NCBI GenBank assembly: GCA_050951545.1
Contig: JBMNJG010000007.1
Location: forward strand, 614,364 to 678,363
DNA: 64,000 bases
Direction: 5' to 3'
From: Limnochordia bacterium
GTDB taxonomy: Bacteria > Bacillota > Limnochordia > DTU080
Shown piece by piece: positions 59,200 to 64,000 of the stretch. The notes under the pieces were generated by a model, which was given only the letters and a program-made list of their open reading frames with translations, did not search any database and was not told the origin of the DNA. Every line of letters begins with the position of its first letter. Within the stretch, counting starts at the first letter, position 1. A program made the position numbers and the translations under genes.

Positions 59200-61659
59200 C
59201 TACCACCCCGTTGTTTGACTCTCATGCATCGGAAAACCCCAACGTATCTCGTAGTTGTTCAATGCATCCCCCCAGACCACGTGATCTGCGGAGACCTGTT
59301 GTCTAAACTCATACAGCTTTTGCCGCCGCTCGATAAACGCCTCTTTTGTGACACCTGACGGCCGAAGCCGTGGGTATCCATACTCAGCCACGTCCCTCGT
59401 CAACTGTAGGTGTGTCAGTCCATCCTTCAAGAAGGCGATCCGGGCACGGACTTCGTCGCTGTCATCCTCCGCCAAGCGATCTGCCCTCTCCAGAATAGAT
59501 CTAGCACGGTCAATGACCACATCCGAATATAGAAGTGGTAAGGCTCTGTAGCTGCCCGCGATCGGTGCAGTGGCGAGGTCGCGCTTTTCAAGCTCGGTCA
59601 CATAGGTTCCTCTGACGTCTTGGTATGCCGTTCCACCGACGTCGGCCGGATATGCCGCTCTTTCCGAGAACCACTCCCAGTAAACCAAGTAATCCCGGAT
59701 TGCGGATTCAGCCTTGCCAAAGGCCGAGACGTACTCATCAATGATATCGTCGACGGTCAGATCCGGTCGCTCGGACATTCTGGCGATCAGATAATAGAGG
59801 GGTCCTTGCGTTGCCCAATGACCGACGAGTGAATCAAAATCAAATCCGAGCATGCCGTGTTCCAGCGCAAACCTAAAGTATGCACCTTGCTGGTAGAGCG
59901 GGATATGGGGTGCGGCACTGCCTGAATGCCACCAATTGGGCCGAAGAAAGAGCTTGGCCCCAGCATCGTACCACCCTTTCCATGTGTTATACGCCCACCA
60001 GGAATTGACGATGCCGATCACAATGCCGTCGTTGAGCTTGATATCAGAAGTTGGCGGTTCACGATAGGCACCGTAGGCATAGGTTGACAGCGTGAGGTTT
60101 GGGTTGAGCTCTTTCATTTGATCGTACAAGCGATTCCAGAAACGGATGTATCTCGCCGTCATGCTCACCCGACCGTTCCATATGTCTGCGAGCGAATGCC
60201 CAGTGGAATCGTCCATCGCTAAGCACCCGTCAGTTACGCAATACCCCGAGCTGTCGTTCGGACACACGCTCCAGTTATTGGGCATGCGCGCCGCTTTCCA
60301 TTCCGACATGATCATTTCGTCAACTGCGGGATTACTTACGTCCAGCTTCACGTATTCGGCTTTTCTGCGAGACTCGCCTGGAGGGGGCATCGCAAAAAGC
60401 TCGGGATGAGCTGCGCCGTACTTTGCCCACCAGTTAGTGAATGCGTGGCCAAACTTGTATTCGCTTCGACTTCCCATTTGATGCACCTTGAGCCAAAACC
60501 GACCTTCCTCGGGGGCCAAGGCTGAAATTCTTATGTTGCGTTTTTCTAGCGAGGGCCGGGACGTTATATCGATCTCCGGGAAAACGATATTGTCTCTCAA
60601 GGGAACATACGTCCCCACCTCGCCGGGCCAAAGCCATCGAACTCCAACGTACCGGTCGAGGAAATAGGCCACCGCCCATAGAGTGCTTTCCGGAACGCGC
60701 ACGTCTCCCACCATACAGAGGTAGCTGTCAACAGCCGTGATCCGAAATGTTTCAGGTTCAAAAGTCGAAGCGTCAATTCCCAACGAAATGGCTAGTGGAC
60801 CGGGACCGATGACAAGACGGATGACCTCTTCGCCATAGTCGCTCAGTTCATCCGTGGTGACGACTGGAATCAGTGCACCTGTGGAGCGATGGACGACATC
60901 CTGAAAATGCTCAATCGCCTCGTCCCAAGGAAGGCGGCCGAACGCCCGAGGCATCTGCCTGACAATGACCGCGTTGGCCTCACCGTGTTGAACCACGTAG
61001 CGAAGGTGATGATCTGGCATAGGGCTCTGAGCTTCACTGTGCTCCTCAATGCGCATCGCAGGCCCGGCAACCCCAACCTCTCCGAATGAGGCATCGTCGT
61101 AGTAGACAGTTCCCGGACCAGTCATCCTCAAGTAGACACGGGCCAGATTCGCATCAGAGGGGGTCTCTGCTTCCATCTTGACCTGAGCCCAAGCGGGAAA
61201 AGAAGGGTAGTTCTCGCTGTGTTTCGAACCCCGGTAACCCGCTTTGTTGACCGTGTCGCGGTAAAACTCGACCGTCAAGTAGGCCCTTCCACCGGAGCGG
61301 ACGTCACTCTTCAACCATGCGGAAAACTCGTATACCCTATCTCCTTCAACTGGTACCGTCTGCCAAAGGCGGTACGCATCACTCGCATTTGCTGTCATCT
61401 TGACACCGAAACCACCTGTGCGGCCTGCTTCCGGCGCAGCTGTTGATGCCAGTGTCTCCACGCCTTGAGTGAGGAACGACCAACCGCGGGGTAACACCGG
61501 TACGTTTTGGTCCATCTCCTCAAAACCGGGATTGGTCAGCAGATTGTCGGCCGATTCGCCCCGGTGCTCATCGGCAAACGCCAACGCAATGCCGATACAC
61601 CACATAGAACATACAACTGCGAGAAATCCAAGGAACGTACGACCGTTTGTCATTGGCAT
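59200..61659 (-). CDS. DUF4838-like glycoside-hydrolase-type protein with N-terminal carbohydrate-binding module
   Basis: Signal peptide; NLLTNPGFE...YDDA CBM; GVRWLWPG, HPELFA, PNDS and YAYG.Y..PP motifs. Confidence 0.75.
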   Translation of the reverse strand: MPMTNGRTFLGFLAVVCSMWCIGIALAFADEHRGESADNLLTNPGFEEMDQNVPVLPRGWSFLTQGVETLASTAAPEAGRTGGFGVKMTANASDAYRLWQTVPVEGDRVYEFSAWLKSDVRSGGRAYLTVEFYRDTVNKAGYRGSKHSENYPSFPAWAQVKMEAETPSDANLARVYLRMTGPGTVYYDDASFGEVGVAGPAMRIEEHSEAQSPMPDHHLRYVVQHGEANAVIVRQMPRAFGRLPWDEAIEHFQDVVHRSTGALIPVVTTDELSDYGEEVIRLVIGPGPLAISLGIDASTFEPETFRITAVDSYLCMVGDVRVPESTLWAVAYFLDRYVGVRWLWPGEVGTYVPLRDNIVFPEIDITSRPSLEKRNIRISALAPEEGRFWLKVHQMGSRSEYKFGHAFTNWWAKYGAAHPELFAMPPPGESRRKAEYVKLDVSNPAVDEMIMSEWKAARMPNNWSVCPNDSSGYCVTDGCLAMDDSTGHSLADIWNGRVSMTARYIRFWNRLYDQMKELNPNLTLSTYAYGAYREPPTSDIKLNDGIVIGIVNSWWAYNTWKGWYDAGAKLFLRPNWWHSGSAAPHIPLYQQGAYFRFALEHGMLGFDFDSLVGHWATQGPLYYLIARMSERPDLTVDDIIDEYVSAFGKAESAIRDYLVYWEWFSERAAYPADVGGTAYQDVRGTYVTELEKRDLATAPIAGSYRALPLLYSDVVIDRARSILERADRLAEDDSDEVRARIAFLKDGLTHLQLTRDVAEYGYPRLRPSGVTKEAFIERRQKLYEFRQQVSADHVVWGDALNNYEIRWGFPMHESQTTGW

Positions 61660-61941
61660 GCTCCCCTATTCGAGAACCGTAGTGGCCACGATTGCGTTTC
61701 TGTTTCTACAGCAGGGCACATGTAGCCTGCATAGGAAAACCCGAGATTGTTTCTTTGGCTGCGGACGATGTACGTAGTAGACGTGTGTCTGGGCACGAGG
61801 GACATATGGCTCGAAGGGGAGCGTCAGCTGAGTGAAGAGGGTCGGCTGGCCACGACGTAACCGTCCAATAGTACCCACGTTGAACGGGTCATCGTGAGAC
61901 CCCATACTGGGATTGAAATCGCTGTATGGGGGTTGGTTCCT

Positions 61942-62275
61942 GATGGAAAAGCCCGGGTTACGTGAACTGTGGCGTGAGCGAGTGAACGCCTTCCGCGCGA
62001 GCGGTCTCAACGGGGTCGCTTGGTGTGCCCAAGAGGGTGTTAGTAGAGATCAGCTGTACTACTGGCTGAAGAAATTCGAGAATGAACCGACCCCGGACAA
62101 CGCCCCGGCGGCGGAGCCCAATGGGTGGCTTCCTGAAACCATAGACGTCGCAGAGAATCCGGGCCAGGCACAGCCTCTTACCGTTCGAATAGGCCACGCC
62201 GTCATAGAAGTGCAGTCGGGTTTCGATCAGAACTTATTTGCCGACGTAGCTAAAGCCCTGGTGGCGCTATGTTGA
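61942..62275 (+). CDS. tnpA: IS66 accessory protein TnpA
   Basis: W...V..FRASGL....WC...GVS..QLYYW motif. Confidence 0.85.
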
Positions 62276-62622
62276 TGGACACCGGGGCGCGGAGAGTCTA
62301 TCTGGCATGTGGATGCACCGATTTGCGCAAATCCATCGATGGTCTGGCGGCCTTGGTGAGTGAAGCGTTTGCGCTAGATCCGTTTGCGCCGTGTCTGTTT
62401 GTCTTCTGCAATAGACAGCGAGATAAGATCAAGATCCTTGAGTGGGATCATAGTGGTTTCTGGCTTTACTACCGTCGGCTTGAACGGGGGCGTTTTCAAT
62501 GGCCCAGCTCCCCAGAGGCCACGATGTCTGTGAGTCGTCGCCAACTGCAGTGGTTACTTGATGGATTGTCGCTCGAACAGCACCAGGCTCATCCTGCTGT
62601 GAGAGCGCGCGAAGTCATCTAG
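62269..62622 (+). CDS. tnpB: IS66 accessory protein TnpB
   Basis: TDLRKSIDGL, FVFCNR.RDKIKIL.WD..GFWL..RRLE.GRF.WP motifs. Confidence 0.92.
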   Translation: MLMDTGARRVYLACGCTDLRKSIDGLAALVSEAFALDPFAPCLFVFCNRQRDKIKILEWDHSGFWLYYRRLERGRFQWPSSPEATMSVSRRQLQWLLDGLSLEQHQAHPAVRAREVI

Positions 62623-62704
62623 ACCGCGGCTTTTTTGCAGGAACACGTCATTTTTTGCCATCCTGGTAAGAGGGAAATGGGCTGGGATGGCGAAGTAAAC
62701 ATGC

Positions 62705-63340
62705 ATGGAAACGCCAGCTCACGCCACAAATGAGAGCCTCCGTATGCGGTGTGCCGAATTGGAGATGCTCAATCATAATCTAGAGTTGCTCAACACCGAG
62801 TTGAAGCAGCAGATCATCGAGATCAGCGACAAAACACGCTGGTTAGAGGAGCAATTGCGCCTTGCTGTGCATCGCCGATACAGCCCTTCCAGCGAACGCT
62901 ATTGTTCAGGACAAATGCTGCTTGACTTGTGCGAGGATGTGGCGTCCGCCCAGGCAGCAACTGTGCAAGCCGAGGCTGGTATCCGCGGACGAGGAAGAAA
63001 AAACTACCCGTTCCCCCCGAAAATGGCGCCAACAACGCGAGGCGAAGCTCAAGAATCTTGAGGTGGAAACGGTCGAGTACCGGTTACCCGAGCATGAATG
63101 CGTTTGCCCGTACTGCGACGGTGCTTTGCACGAGATGAGCAAAGAGATCCAGCGAGAACTGAAGATCACTCCGCCTGAGGTAAGCGTCGTTGAGCACACG
63201 TGCAATGTATATAGCTGTCGCCACTGCGAGAGCAACCATATAGAGACTCCCATTCTCACGGCACCGATGCCAGACCCTGTGATTCTAGGAAGTCTGGCTT
63301 CTCCATCGGCGCTAGCCTATATTATGTCCCAGAGATTCGT
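62705..63340 (+). pseudogene. tnpC: IS66 transposase TnpC, frameshifted and truncated
   Basis: Leucine zipper and SSER, CPYC..YSCRHC zinc finger, GSLASPS; frameshift near 62980; catalytic part missing. Confidence 0.8.
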
Positions 63341-63975
63341 CGTAAAGCGACCTCCGGGGCGCCCTGCCAAAGACGCCCAACCGCCAACGGTTGTCGAGTA
63401 CAGCGTTGAAGTACAGGTAGTCGCACCATCGGAGACGGCACTACGTGTCGAGCAGGAACTGGCCGGGACCTTTGTCCTCATCACTACTTTGCCGGAGGAT
63501 GAATGGAGCAACACGGAGATTCTTGAGGAGTACAAGGGCCAGACTAGCGTGGAAACCCGCTTCCGCAACCTCAAAGCCGACCCATGTATCGTGGACACCC
63601 TATACGTCAACTCATCTCGCCGGGCGGAAGCACTCGCCTACCTGTTTCTCTTGGCTTTGATTGTGGCTTCGTATATCGAAGTGCGGGTCCGCCAGGAGCT
63701 CAAAAAACGCCAAAGACCCTTTCTGGTTCCAGGGAACCGTTGGACCGAACGCCCAACGATGAGCATGATTTTCGACATCCTCAGTGGCGTTCAGATCCTC
63801 AGACTCTGTAACGGCACAACAACTCGACGAAGGTTGCCTTCGAACATCGATCCGCGCGTGTACGAGCTCCTGGAACTCACGGGCCTTGATCACAAGGCCT
63901 ACATCTATGTGAGCTATGCTACGTAACCCGTGGCCAAAAACCAGGGGGGTCAGGCAGAAGGGTGCGGAAAACCAG
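63340..63975 (+). mobile_element. IS1634-family transposase C-terminal part and right end
   Basis: GRP.K, GTFVLITT, YKGQTSVETRFRNLK and IE..VR..L motifs; terminal GTGCGGAAAACCAG at about 63962-63975. Confidence 0.75.
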
Positions 63976-64000
63976 CTGTATAAGCAACTGATCCACCTAT

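Larger units (their letters stand above)
61857..63340 (+). mobile_element. IS66-family element, left part
   Basis: GTAA-starting left end at 61857 followed by tnpA, tnpB and a 5' part of tnpC. Confidence 0.8.

Noticed and set aside
62269-62622. TnpB as an RNA-guided IS200/605 nuclease
   Set aside because: It is the unrelated 117-aa IS66 accessory TnpB with no RuvC domain.

Overview
A GC-rich bacterial window, most consistent with a Firmicutes/Limnochordia-like genome (sigma-H-type promoters, a Firmicutes-type LexA-like box, sugar-binding proteins with no lipobox). Much of it is catabolic: about ten orphan ABC sugar-binding-protein genes or fragments with no permease or ATPase, plus hydrolases, lyases and MFS transporters. 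The centre (about 32.4-48.3 kb) is a defence and mobile hotspot. It holds an IS110 remnant, a small 62-aa ORF, and a complete type III-B CRISPR-Cmr effector operon (csx1-like CARF-HEPN, cmr1, HD-less cas10, cmr3-6, Cami1-like CARF-RelE) with no cas6, cas1/2 or CRISPR array in the window. After it come a convergent, C-terminally shortened PcrA/UvrD helicase and a DDE insertion sequence. The hotspot ends with an unannotated module: a double-wHTH + Vsr/DUF559-like endonuclease gene next to a tandem array of ~412-bp structured non-coding repeats whose last partial copy truncates a sugar-binding-protein gene. The window ends in an IS66/IS1634 chimera. Several genes carry small frameshifts that could be pseudogenisation or assembly errors. 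All calls are from motif recognition by eye; no database search was run.
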